41,206 nucleotides of DNA, taken from a virus. The stretch lies in UHGV virus genome UHGV-0372926. One strand, given 5' to 3'. Each line of letters opens with the position of its first letter. The stretch's first letter is position 1. Positions 33,979-41,206 of the stretch are shown here, one piece after another. Under the pieces are notes generated by a model that saw only the letters and a program-made list of their open reading frames with translations, was not told the DNA's origin and did not search any database. A program made the translations under genes and the position numbers.

Positions 33979-34296
33979 ATGAAACGTATTACCGCAATCG
34001 CAATCACGCTGGCCGCCGTCCTGGGCTGCTCGTATGTCGGGTCCGCCGCTGCCGTCACTCCGGTTGAAATGTGCCAGGAGCTGGCCGAAATGGGTGGCGT
34101 TATTGTCGATGCCCGGAATCGCGGCGACTCGCTGGAAAACGTAACCAGCATTATCAACGGCAGCGATATGACCCCGAGCCTTAAATCCGGCATGACAAGC
34201 ATCGCCGTTACGATCTACAGTAATCCGTCATTGAGACGCGCCGATGTCGTGGCGTATGGGTTTAAAGGTTGTATTGACGGAATGTCGGAGGAATAG
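33979..34296 (+). CDS. Lipoprotein (signal peptide plus lipobox LGC)
   Basis: MKRITAIAITLAAVLGCSYVGSAAAV... 105 aa. Confidence 0.55.
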   Translation: MKRITAIAITLAAVLGCSYVGSAAAVTPVEMCQELAEMGGVIVDARNRGDSLENVTSIINGSDMTPSLKSGMTSIAVTIYSNPSLRRADVVAYGFKGCIDGMSEE

Positions 34297-34298
34297 AA

Positions 34299-34463
34299 AT
34301 GGCTGAAACTGAATACACTTATTTACAGTGCGAGTTTTGCTGGTATAAGTGGAAAGTACCTTACAGTGCTGATAATGATTTTAAATGCCCCGAATGCGGA
34401 GACGTTGGCCTGAAAAAGATAATTCTACAGTCAACAGAAGACCCGGAATGGTTTAATAATTGA
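34299..34463 (+). CDS. Small zinc-ribbon protein (54 aa), AT-rich
   Basis: MAETEYTYLQCEFCWYKWKVPYSADNDFKCPECGDVGLKKIILQSTEDPEWFNN. GC content is about 38% against a background of about 55%. Confidence 0.4.
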   Translation: MAETEYTYLQCEFCWYKWKVPYSADNDFKCPECGDVGLKKIILQSTEDPEWFNN

Positions 34464-34468
34464 TAAAA

Positions 34469-34491
34469 AAAAGCGGCGTTTACGCCGCTTT
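34469..34491. terminator. Bidirectional terminator AAAGCGGCG-ttta-CGCCGCTTT between the convergent early-right and tail operons
   Basis: A perfect 9-bp stem flanked by A/T runs. Confidence 0.75.
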
Positions 34492-34495
34492 AATA

Positions 34496-36631
34496 TTATT
34501 TATCACCAGCTGACGAGAATCTCACATTTATCCTTGTGAATGCTGGCGTTATAGATGCCGCAGTCCTGTTTTTCGCGATCACCGTTAGGTTTCCGCTCGA
34601 CGCCAGACTAGGCACTATATCAAGGCCATTCAGAGAGTTATTGGCGGTTATTTCTACAGTGGTAGCTGCGAATCCGGTAGTGTCAGATACCGACTGCACC
34701 GGAGAAGTAGCCTCAGCCCCCGCCGCGATAGCACCCGGAGACCAGGCAAAACTCCAGTCAATATATGATTTCTTCTCAATAAATAATCCGTCAAAAAGTA
34801 TCGCCGAAGACCCATTTGTTAAAATTAATGCGCCATTAGTTATCAATGTCGGCTTTATCTGCCAGACAAGGTTATGCCATGCGCTATCAGCTGGCACTGG
34901 TATCGCACTAACAGCAGTACCGTCCAAAGTTAGAGTTACAGTTGAAGCTGACCCTGATACATTCTTAACTCTCGCGGTAACATGCACGAATTCTTTAGAC
35001 GAGGCTAAAGCCCTTGGGATTGTCGCTCTTCTAACCTCTGTACTGGATGGAACCGACATAACAGTGCCGTAGTGATTTGTTGCTGTTGCATCCGCTGTGA
35101 AAGGATTGTTAATTGTTCCGTGTAATTCATGTGCGGAATAAAAAGCCTCTGCGTCAAAAACAGAACGACGGTTTTTTGCACCATTTGACGCCTGAAATAT
35201 TAAAGGCTCGATGCTTTGTGGGAGCGGGGACGTACAAACAATGCTTCCTGCTGCCGTTGCACCGGCCTGGTTAACTATGTTGTTGGAACCAGCCACGGAA
35301 CCACCGGCAATATTTAGGAGATTAATGTCGCAGCCATCAAAATAATTATTTGATACGTTTGGCGATACTCGGCTGTTGGCCCCGAATTTAATCACGTTCT
35401 CATACAGGTTAGGGTTAGATAACTTAAAGTTAGTGAAACTATTGTTATCTATAAATACTTTTTTAGCCTCACCTAGATATAACACCGTTTTGGGGGTTGT
35501 GTTTTGAGATATCGGAGCGGCATCAAATTCTATTTTGTTATCCTGAATCCATATAACATCGGTGTTTGAGTTGTCGGTGCCATAGATCCAGTTTCCTGAG
35601 TTTAGACCAAGGGTGCCATTTTGCAGTCTATAGTTATTAACGTTGTTATTTGGTATACCGTCGTAATCATCAAATTTTATGCAGCCGCTGGACTCACTGC
35701 CCAGACGTCTGCATAAATAATAATCTAAACCACCTTCGGCAACGTTTTTAAGAACCAAACCCCAATCAGAGTTATTTTGCAGGCCAAGCATATAGTTTAT
35801 AAAATATGACCAGTTTTGAGCCATAAGCAGAGGACCAGTATCAGAGCTATTTTCTCCTCTAAGGTCAATGAAGTTCAGACCACCGCCATGCGGGCGGTTA
35901 TTTATATCGCCTAAAAATTTAATACCAAATGCCGCTCCAGATATTTTTATTAATCTCGACCCTACTTGGTCAATCGATATACCGCCATCGCCGTAGATAT
36001 TCATGGGCTGCGTCAAGGTTAACTCCCCAACTTTCAACGCTCCATATCTTGAGGGAACGTATATATTTTTAACACCAGCAAGTGCGGCCTTCTGAAATCG
36101 CGTTGTGTCATCATTAGCGCTATCAGAAGCGTAATCGTAAATAGATACTCTATCCTTAATAGCATCGTTAGCGTTTCTTGCGGATTCGTAAGCATTCAGT
36201 GGGACAGTTTTTACTAATGACAGACCCTTTCCCGTGGTGCCTGTTGCCAGGTCTTGGCGCAGTAATTGATCCGTGCGTGGTTTCCAGTTGCTATCTAATA
36301 GCGGGTTTGTACCAGGCGCCACAACATGCGGCAGCGTACCAGCCCACGAATACCAGTTATTATCCGCGGGGTTGTAAACCACGGTGTCACGTGCTGTTAC
36401 AGTGCCGCCGGTGGTGAAATCAAATGCTGCTGGATCAAAGCCCATATCTCGCAGGATCGCAGGAAGAGTCTTTTGCACTTGCCCGGTAACCTGGTTAGTC
36501 GCAAAGTCAATCTCCGCGCCGGATGATACGCCACCTGCACGCCCTGTAATGACTTCGGCCTCAAAGGTCTGGTGCTTCTTGGCCGTTTTCAGATCTTCCA
36601 GCGATAAGACGTCGCCGCATCCGCTTGACAT
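34496..36631 (-). CDS. Tailspike protein with a right-handed beta-helix (pectate-lyase-like), probably a polysaccharide depolymerase
   Basis: 711 aa. It has the N/G/S-rich repetitive pattern typical of a beta-helix, and is the last gene of the tail operon. Confidence 0.65.
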   Translation of the reverse strand: MSSGCGDVLSLEDLKTAKKHQTFEAEVITGRAGGVSSGAEIDFATNQVTGQVQKTLPAILRDMGFDPAAFDFTTGGTVTARDTVVYNPADNNWYSWAGTLPHVVAPGTNPLLDSNWKPRTDQLLRQDLATGTTGKGLSLVKTVPLNAYESARNANDAIKDRVSIYDYASDSANDDTTRFQKAALAGVKNIYVPSRYGALKVGELTLTQPMNIYGDGGISIDQVGSRLIKISGAAFGIKFLGDINNRPHGGGLNFIDLRGENSSDTGPLLMAQNWSYFINYMLGLQNNSDWGLVLKNVAEGGLDYYLCRRLGSESSGCIKFDDYDGIPNNNVNNYRLQNGTLGLNSGNWIYGTDNSNTDVIWIQDNKIEFDAAPISQNTTPKTVLYLGEAKKVFIDNNSFTNFKLSNPNLYENVIKFGANSRVSPNVSNNYFDGCDINLLNIAGGSVAGSNNIVNQAGATAAGSIVCTSPLPQSIEPLIFQASNGAKNRRSVFDAEAFYSAHELHGTINNPFTADATATNHYGTVMSVPSSTEVRRATIPRALASSKEFVHVTARVKNVSGSASTVTLTLDGTAVSAIPVPADSAWHNLVWQIKPTLITNGALILTNGSSAILFDGLFIEKKSYIDWSFAWSPGAIAAGAEATSPVQSVSDTTGFAATTVEITANNSLNGLDIVPSLASSGNLTVIAKNRTAASITPAFTRINVRFSSAGDK

Positions 36632-36643
36632 ATCAGAATCCTC

Positions 36644-39235
36644 TTATGAAAAACCAGTATCAAAACCGGTGCTAAACGCCCGCCCGAACGGCGACACGCC
36701 ATCTTTTTCGTAGTACCCGTCGGAATAATTGTATCCGGTAATCATCACGGTGCGATTATTACCCGGCGTCACGGTACTAACTAACATCATTTGCGCGGAG
36801 TGCCGCGCATCGCTGCCGAATGAAAACTCGGTCTTTAGTGCGTCGTTACCAGTATAAATGGATTCAGCTGGCGCGGAAAGCATAACCACTTCCTGCGCGT
36901 TAGCCCCTGGCGTAACACCGACGCTTTGCACCGACCCGTCGCGCTTTTTGAGTATGATCGAATGGTCTTCACCCGGTGTAAATTCCACCGGTTGCGAAAG
37001 CGTAAGCGTAAGGCCGTTTACCGCAATAACGTATCCGTCGAACGGCGCAACGCGCGACCCCTTAACCACACTTATCGGCCGCCCTGGTACGGCGAGAGCG
37101 CCTTCCTCCAGCGCTGTGAACTCAACGGCAACACGGTTAAGGCTATTGCGCTGGTACCGGCGCCAGGCGTGCCAAAAGGCTTGTTGATAGTTGCGGATGC
37201 CCTTCGAGTCGTAGGTGTCAGTCTTAACACCGCCAGTCTCCGGGATCTGGATGGTTTCCTTGATGTTGGTATCCGGGTCAATGTAGCTGAATTTAAGCGA
37301 ATCGTAGGCTGTGCGGTCGTTAAACTGCCGTGTCCACTTCTCGCCAGACGGCGCTTTACTGCGATGCGTGAATACCATTTCAGGGCCAGCGCGTGGGCGT
37401 TCCAGGTCCAGATAGATGCTGTGCCCCCGGCGAGACGCTGCGCAGAAAATGGCCTCGGCTATCGTCGTGATAATGTCCTGCGCCGTTGTCTCGTAGGAGT
37501 CGAACGTGTAGCAGAATTGCCCGGCAAGCGGCGTGCCAAAGTATGCCTCTACCTCGGCCTGGGTGGCGATCAGCTTATCCATGTTCGCCGCTGTGAGATT
37601 CAGGTTACCCACCACCGGATCGCGCATCAATCGGATCAGAGACTGCACGGCCTGTGTATTTTCGGTTAGCACCGTATCAAATACCCCGCCGCCGAGATAT
37701 TTGTAAAGTTTCTCGGTAACGATTAGCGCCAGTTTCGGCGATTTAACCGAGGTGGCGCGCGGCGTCTGCTTGCGCGCTGTGTGTACAGTTGTTCGGTTGC
37801 CGTAATCATGGGTGCGCTCGTAAACCTGCCCGTAAAGCGCATCGTATTTTATTTCGTCGACAACCTGGCCCTCGAAGTCGAAATCCGCATCCGTCACCCG
37901 GCGCGCCCGGACGCGTACGCGGGAAGCAAACGGCAGATCAGCGATAATGCTAACGCCGGTTGAGTTTGACGACCTGCCCGACACGGTTCCCTGCACCGCG
38001 TAAACATCGCCATATGGCGTGTTGTTCTGGTCAAGCAGCTGGTACTGTACCTCGGCGGTTACGCTGGCTGGTTTTTTGCTACTGCTGCCGTTGTCCTTGT
38101 ACATGCCGTTATCCGCGCTGATATTCACCAGGACGCGTTCGCATTCCAGGCTGGTGATAGACACCCAATCTGTCAAACTCTTCTCTACGGTGTTTACCGG
38201 GCCGATCTCGGCTGCGTTCCCGGCGGGGTCCGCGGCGTTCACCTGATTAACCGTCGGGCTGATCACCTGCCAGGCTGACAGGTTACTTGAAACGTCCAGA
38301 ACAATGTCGACTTCGCTGACCGAAATAACCGGGTAATAGCCGTCCAGGTATGGATCCGGGCCGCCAGGGTCATTCAGCGTGACGTTGGCCAGTCTCGCCG
38401 TGTCTCCGGCCTCCAGATACGCGTTAAAGGCCGCGTTACCCGAAGCGTCGGTGATAGTCCCCGTGGTGCCAGAAAGCGACGCTATCGTGCCGCCGTCGCC
38501 GGTAATGCTGGCGTTAAGGTCGTTGGGTGCCTTTAACGTCTGGCCGTCGATCTCATTCGACACGTAGGTGATGAACAGCGGTTCGGTAATCGGGTCGCCT
38601 ACCAGCGTTTGCGGAGCGTCGCCGCTGTTCGGCGAAGTGTATGGCGCGTATACGGCAGCCGAGGACCCGGTAATCTCCGATAACAGGGTGTCACCGTCCG
38701 TGATACCGCTTGCCGGCGTCGACATAGGCCCGCGGCCGACGTCGTAATAACCAAACTCGATAACCTGGCCGGCGCTGTTATAGAGTTGGTAGCTGTTCAT
38801 GAGGATCGCCGGAATACTCTGCACCGTGCCGCAAATATCGTAAGTGCGCTCGTAAGGGCGGGCCTTGTTCGTCCGGTCCGTTAAGCTGTTATTTGGGCTC
38901 TCGGCCTGCTGGTTGGACAGCCCCGCCGACACCGACGTTTTTTGCGATGGCATTAACAGTTTCAGGATGGGATTAAGAATTTTCCCAACGAAACTGAAAA
39001 CGGAGCCCACTGCACCGCCGCCCGGCGATTCAACGACGTAATACTCGGCGTTAAGTTCGAGGCGATCGAAATCCTCGGTCACGTCGTTATCTTCGCCTAT
39101 GCTGCCGATGTATACCCGGAACGGGACACCGTACGGGATGTGCTGTAGCACGATCCGCATCGGCGAGGCCCAAAAGCTTTTAGTCTGAAATTCGCCGTTG
39201 TCGTCGCGCGTGATTAAGTGTGTTTTCATCGCCAA
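36644..39235 (-). CDS. Tail tip / host-specificity protein (gpJ-like central fibre)
   Basis: 863 aa lying between the NlpC/P60-like protein and the tailspike. Confidence 0.5.
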   Translation of the reverse strand: MAMKTHLITRDDNGEFQTKSFWASPMRIVLQHIPYGVPFRVYIGSIGEDNDVTEDFDRLELNAEYYVVESPGGGAVGSVFSFVGKILNPILKLLMPSQKTSVSAGLSNQQAESPNNSLTDRTNKARPYERTYDICGTVQSIPAILMNSYQLYNSAGQVIEFGYYDVGRGPMSTPASGITDGDTLLSEITGSSAAVYAPYTSPNSGDAPQTLVGDPITEPLFITYVSNEIDGQTLKAPNDLNASITGDGGTIASLSGTTGTITDASGNAAFNAYLEAGDTARLANVTLNDPGGPDPYLDGYYPVISVSEVDIVLDVSSNLSAWQVISPTVNQVNAADPAGNAAEIGPVNTVEKSLTDWVSITSLECERVLVNISADNGMYKDNGSSSKKPASVTAEVQYQLLDQNNTPYGDVYAVQGTVSGRSSNSTGVSIIADLPFASRVRVRARRVTDADFDFEGQVVDEIKYDALYGQVYERTHDYGNRTTVHTARKQTPRATSVKSPKLALIVTEKLYKYLGGGVFDTVLTENTQAVQSLIRLMRDPVVGNLNLTAANMDKLIATQAEVEAYFGTPLAGQFCYTFDSYETTAQDIITTIAEAIFCAASRRGHSIYLDLERPRAGPEMVFTHRSKAPSGEKWTRQFNDRTAYDSLKFSYIDPDTNIKETIQIPETGGVKTDTYDSKGIRNYQQAFWHAWRRYQRNSLNRVAVEFTALEEGALAVPGRPISVVKGSRVAPFDGYVIAVNGLTLTLSQPVEFTPGEDHSIILKKRDGSVQSVGVTPGANAQEVVMLSAPAESIYTGNDALKTEFSFGSDARHSAQMMLVSTVTPGNNRTVMITGYNYSDGYYEKDGVSPFGRAFSTGFDTGFS

Positions 39236-39591
39236 AACTCAATTTCCTGGTAACGGTCCCGAATATCCGCCAGCGCTTCTAAGCGCACCTGGCGGGCCGC
39301 AAGTTCGCAATGGCTAACCATACCGTCGAAGTATACCCCAGCGTGCCACACAATGCGCGACCCAACACGGCAGCCCATTAACACCGCATCGAAATTCTGT
39401 GGCACGTCTACCCGGGAAAGCCCGGACGGGTCACGGTGGCCGGCGTCAAAAGCCGCGTCTATCTTGGTAGGGGAAATCACGTCGAAGATCGGCGTATCAA
39501 GCCCCGCCGCCGCACGCACGCGGCGGACGTGATGCCAGCAATGATAAGTCCTGAAATTGTATGGCGTGCCGGTGTAGTCGTTTATGTTCAC
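39226..39591 (-). CDS. Minor tail protein with an NlpC/P60-like motif (gpK-like)
   Basis: ...HAGVYFDGMVSHCE... fits the His motif of NlpC/P60. Confidence 0.4.
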   Translation of the reverse strand: MNINDYTGTPYNFRTYHCWHHVRRVRAAAGLDTPIFDVISPTKIDAAFDAGHRDPSGLSRVDVPQNFDAVLMGCRVGSRIVWHAGVYFDGMVSHCELAARQVRLEALADIRDRYQEIEFWR

Positions 39592-40118
39592 GATGCGAGG
39601 ACCCCGCGCAATAATGGGACCTCTGTCGGCGTCGCTAAAAGGCCGGTGCCGCGCTCGTTAAGCCGTGGCACGCCGACGTCGGCGGTAAAAACACCCTTTT
39701 CCTGGGATAAAGACTGCAGGTCGTAAGTCACCGGCCCGTCGCAGGGATAGGATAAATCTGTACTGATAAACCGGCGATATGTGAAAACAGGCCACTCCTG
39801 GTTATCCAGCGGAATATTCTGCATTTCGTCGTCCAGCTGGTTACCGACATCCGGCAGCGTGAAAGATGCCTGCTGGTCGAGGTTGTTGCTGTTCGCCGCA
39901 TTATTCGCGTTCATCGGTGACGGCTCAAACGTCACCGTTTCCCCGGTCTCCAGCGTTGCCGTTAATGGGGAGGTCCCTTTGACGATCAGATACCTCTTCG
40001 AAAGCAGTGGGTGCGTTATCTCGACCGTCTCATAGTCGATCTGGCCTTCCGGGTTAGAGGCCAGCTTGCGCTTATAGGCTTCGATTACCGATTCTTCGCT
40101 CATTGCATCGGGTCCCAT
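39588..40118 (-). CDS. Minor tail protein
   Basis: 176 aa, positioned after the tape measure gene. Confidence 0.4.
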   Translation of the reverse strand: MGPDAMSEESVIEAYKRKLASNPEGQIDYETVEITHPLLSKRYLIVKGTSPLTATLETGETVTFEPSPMNANNAANSNNLDQQASFTLPDVGNQLDDEMQNIPLDNQEWPVFTYRRFISTDLSYPCDGPVTYDLQSLSQEKGVFTADVGVPRLNERGTGLLATPTEVPLLRGVLAS

Positions 40119-40594
40119 ATCCGCGGAAAGTGGGTCTGGTCGTAGGTATATTGCGCCAGGAAGCGGTTAAGGCTATCGCCATAGCAGCCGAAGAGCTCCG
40201 GCAGATTGGCGGTAAGACAATCGCTGTCCTGGTTGGGCGTGCGCTCGGCGGTCAGCGTGAACGAGATCACCCAATTCTTTCCGTCCTGCGTGGTGTCGCT
40301 GATTGTGCTGGTGATCCAGACCTGGTGATCCTGCAGGCCCAGGCCACTGTCCAGCGTCATAACGAACGAATTGGCGCCGCCGTCTATCTGGTTCAGGAAT
40401 GCGTAGAACGCCTGCCGGCCGAGGGATGAAACAACCAGCACGACGCTAAAGGGCACCGCGTCGTAAAAGGTATCGCGCCCCTGGCGCGGTGCGCCGCCTT
40501 GCACGTCGTTGCGATAAATGTTGTTGCCGCGGGTTAGCGAGTAACCCTGGTTCACTATCGGCCGCAGAGAGGCCGGAAATCGTAAATCACTCAT
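40100..40594 (-). CDS. Minor tail protein (gpM-like position)
   Basis: 164 aa lying immediately after the tape measure stop. Confidence 0.4.
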   Translation of the reverse strand: MSDLRFPASLRPIVNQGYSLTRGNNIYRNDVQGGAPRQGRDTFYDAVPFSVVLVVSSLGRQAFYAFLNQIDGGANSFVMTLDSGLGLQDHQVWITSTISDTTQDGKNWVISFTLTAERTPNQDSDCLTANLPELFGCYGDSLNRFLAQYTYDQTHFPRIWDPMQ

Positions 40595-40596
40595 CG

Positions 40597-41206
40597 TTAG
40601 AATCCTGGCTGGTTGCGCGTGTTACGGCGGGATAGCGAGATCTGCGAATTGCTATCCTGTAGGTCACCGGATACCGTTTCGCGGATTATCACCCGCAAAC
40701 GCCCTTCATCATCGCGTTCAGTGCTGGCCTGGTCAACACGTCCCGTAGTCTGGTTCACGATCACCACACTGTCGCTACTGTTCTGCTTGTTGCCGTTCTC
40801 GCCCATAATCTGGCGCATCTGCTGCGCGGTGCGCACGCGAGACGCCGAGGCCGGCATAATCACTTCCGGCTTGCCGCGTTCGGCGATAGTCGACGCCTGC
40901 CCGGCCGACAGTGTGCCGCCCTGCTCGCGCGCTGACCGGATTTTCGCGACGTTAGCAGCGCCTGCAGCTACGGCAGCGGCGGCAGCGGCGACGCCCAGCG
41001 CCGGGCCGATGATAGGGATAGGGGCGAGAGCGGAATAGGCCGCGGTAGCCGCTTTGTAGGTGTTTATCACCGTTTCGGTGATGGCGGCGGCCTTATAAAG
41101 CGCGTTACCTTCGCCGAGGGCTGATTTAAGCGAAGACGTGGTGTCGCTTAACGTTTTCGAGTAAGAGTCCAGGCGTTTCTCGTCGGCCTGCTTCGCTATT
41201 TGAGCC
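40597..41206 (-). CDS. Tail tape measure protein, C-terminal portion; in frame with the minus ORF leaving base 1
   Basis: Reverse-complement of 1..60 joined to reverse-complement of 41147..41206 reads ...KAKEFYDRGIINEQEYQNAL|AQIAKQADEKRLDSYSKT... without a stop. The C-terminus (TAAYSALAPIPIIGPALGVAAAAAAVAAGAANVAKIRSAREQGG) resembles lambda gpH-type ends. Confidence 0.8.
   Translation of the reverse strand, partial: AQIAKQADEKRLDSYSKTLSDTTSSLKSALGEGNALYKAAAITETVINTYKAATAAYSALAPIPIIGPALGVAAAAAAVAAGAANVAKIRSAREQGGTLSAGQASTIAERGKPEVIMPASASRVRTAQQMRQIMGENGNKQNSSDSVVIVNQTTGRVDQASTERDDEGRLRVIIRETVSGDLQDSNSQISLSRRNTRNQPGF

Noticed and set aside
33876-34067. A 63-aa plus-strand ORF in the long leader overlapping the lipoprotein start
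   Set aside because: It is Arg-rich, has no RBS and lies out of frame across a confidently called signal-peptide ORF.
34536-35072. Plus-strand ORFs inside the tailspike and J-like genes (34536..35072, 36926..37669 and similar)
   Set aside because: They are antisense to long, well-supported minus-strand structural genes.
1-41206. CRISPR arrays or tRNA genes
   Set aside because: No regularly spaced direct repeats with unique spacers and no tRNA-like cloverleaf candidates were noticed. The repeats present are iteron or operator-like.

Overview
This window is a complete, circularly permuted dsDNA phage genome of about 41.2 kb. A tail tape-measure gene on the minus strand crosses the window ends: the reverse-complement of bases 1-60 and of bases 41147-41206 join in one continuous open frame. 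The layout is that of a Jersey-like (Guernseyvirinae-like) siphovirus and shows no integrase, cI-type repressor, tRNA or CRISPR array. A leftward (minus-strand) transcription unit runs from a Cro-like HTH gene at 22.7 kb through a primase-helicase, an iteron-rich non-coding region, early small genes, an AP2-domain protein, holin/antiholin/endolysin, small and large terminase, portal, a Mu-F-like head protein, Rz/Rz1 spanins, scaffold and major capsid, then head-tail joining proteins, major tail protein, a G-T chaperone pair, tape measure (wrapping the window edge), minor tail proteins, a J-like tip protein and a beta-helix tailspike ending at 34.5 kb. A rightward (plus-strand) early/replication unit at 22.97-34.46 kb encodes a highly acidic first-gene protein, a DUF2800 PD-(D/E)XK nuclease, a DUF2815 SSB-like protein, a family-A DNA polymerase, a small HExxH protein, a VRR-NUC nuclease, an SNF2-like helicase, a C5-cytosine methyltransferase and a Dam-like N6-adenine methyltransferase, followed by a promoter-driven lipoprotein and zinc-ribbon cassette. 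The most unusual features are: (i) a conserved 9-16 nt motif (core GTTGGTTGC) present at least 10 times, always intergenic and overlapping promoter elements; (ii) several small plus-strand cassettes (membrane, basic and lipo-proteins) carried antisense inside the late operon, each with this promoter type and an intrinsic terminator; (iii) two ~260 bp iteron-rich regions about 10 kb apart that are clearly homologous, reminiscent of an ori/crr pair; (iv) a C5-methyltransferase gene whose conserved motifs fall in two overlapping open frames. All calls rest on reading the sequence and on family-level recall; no database search was possible.
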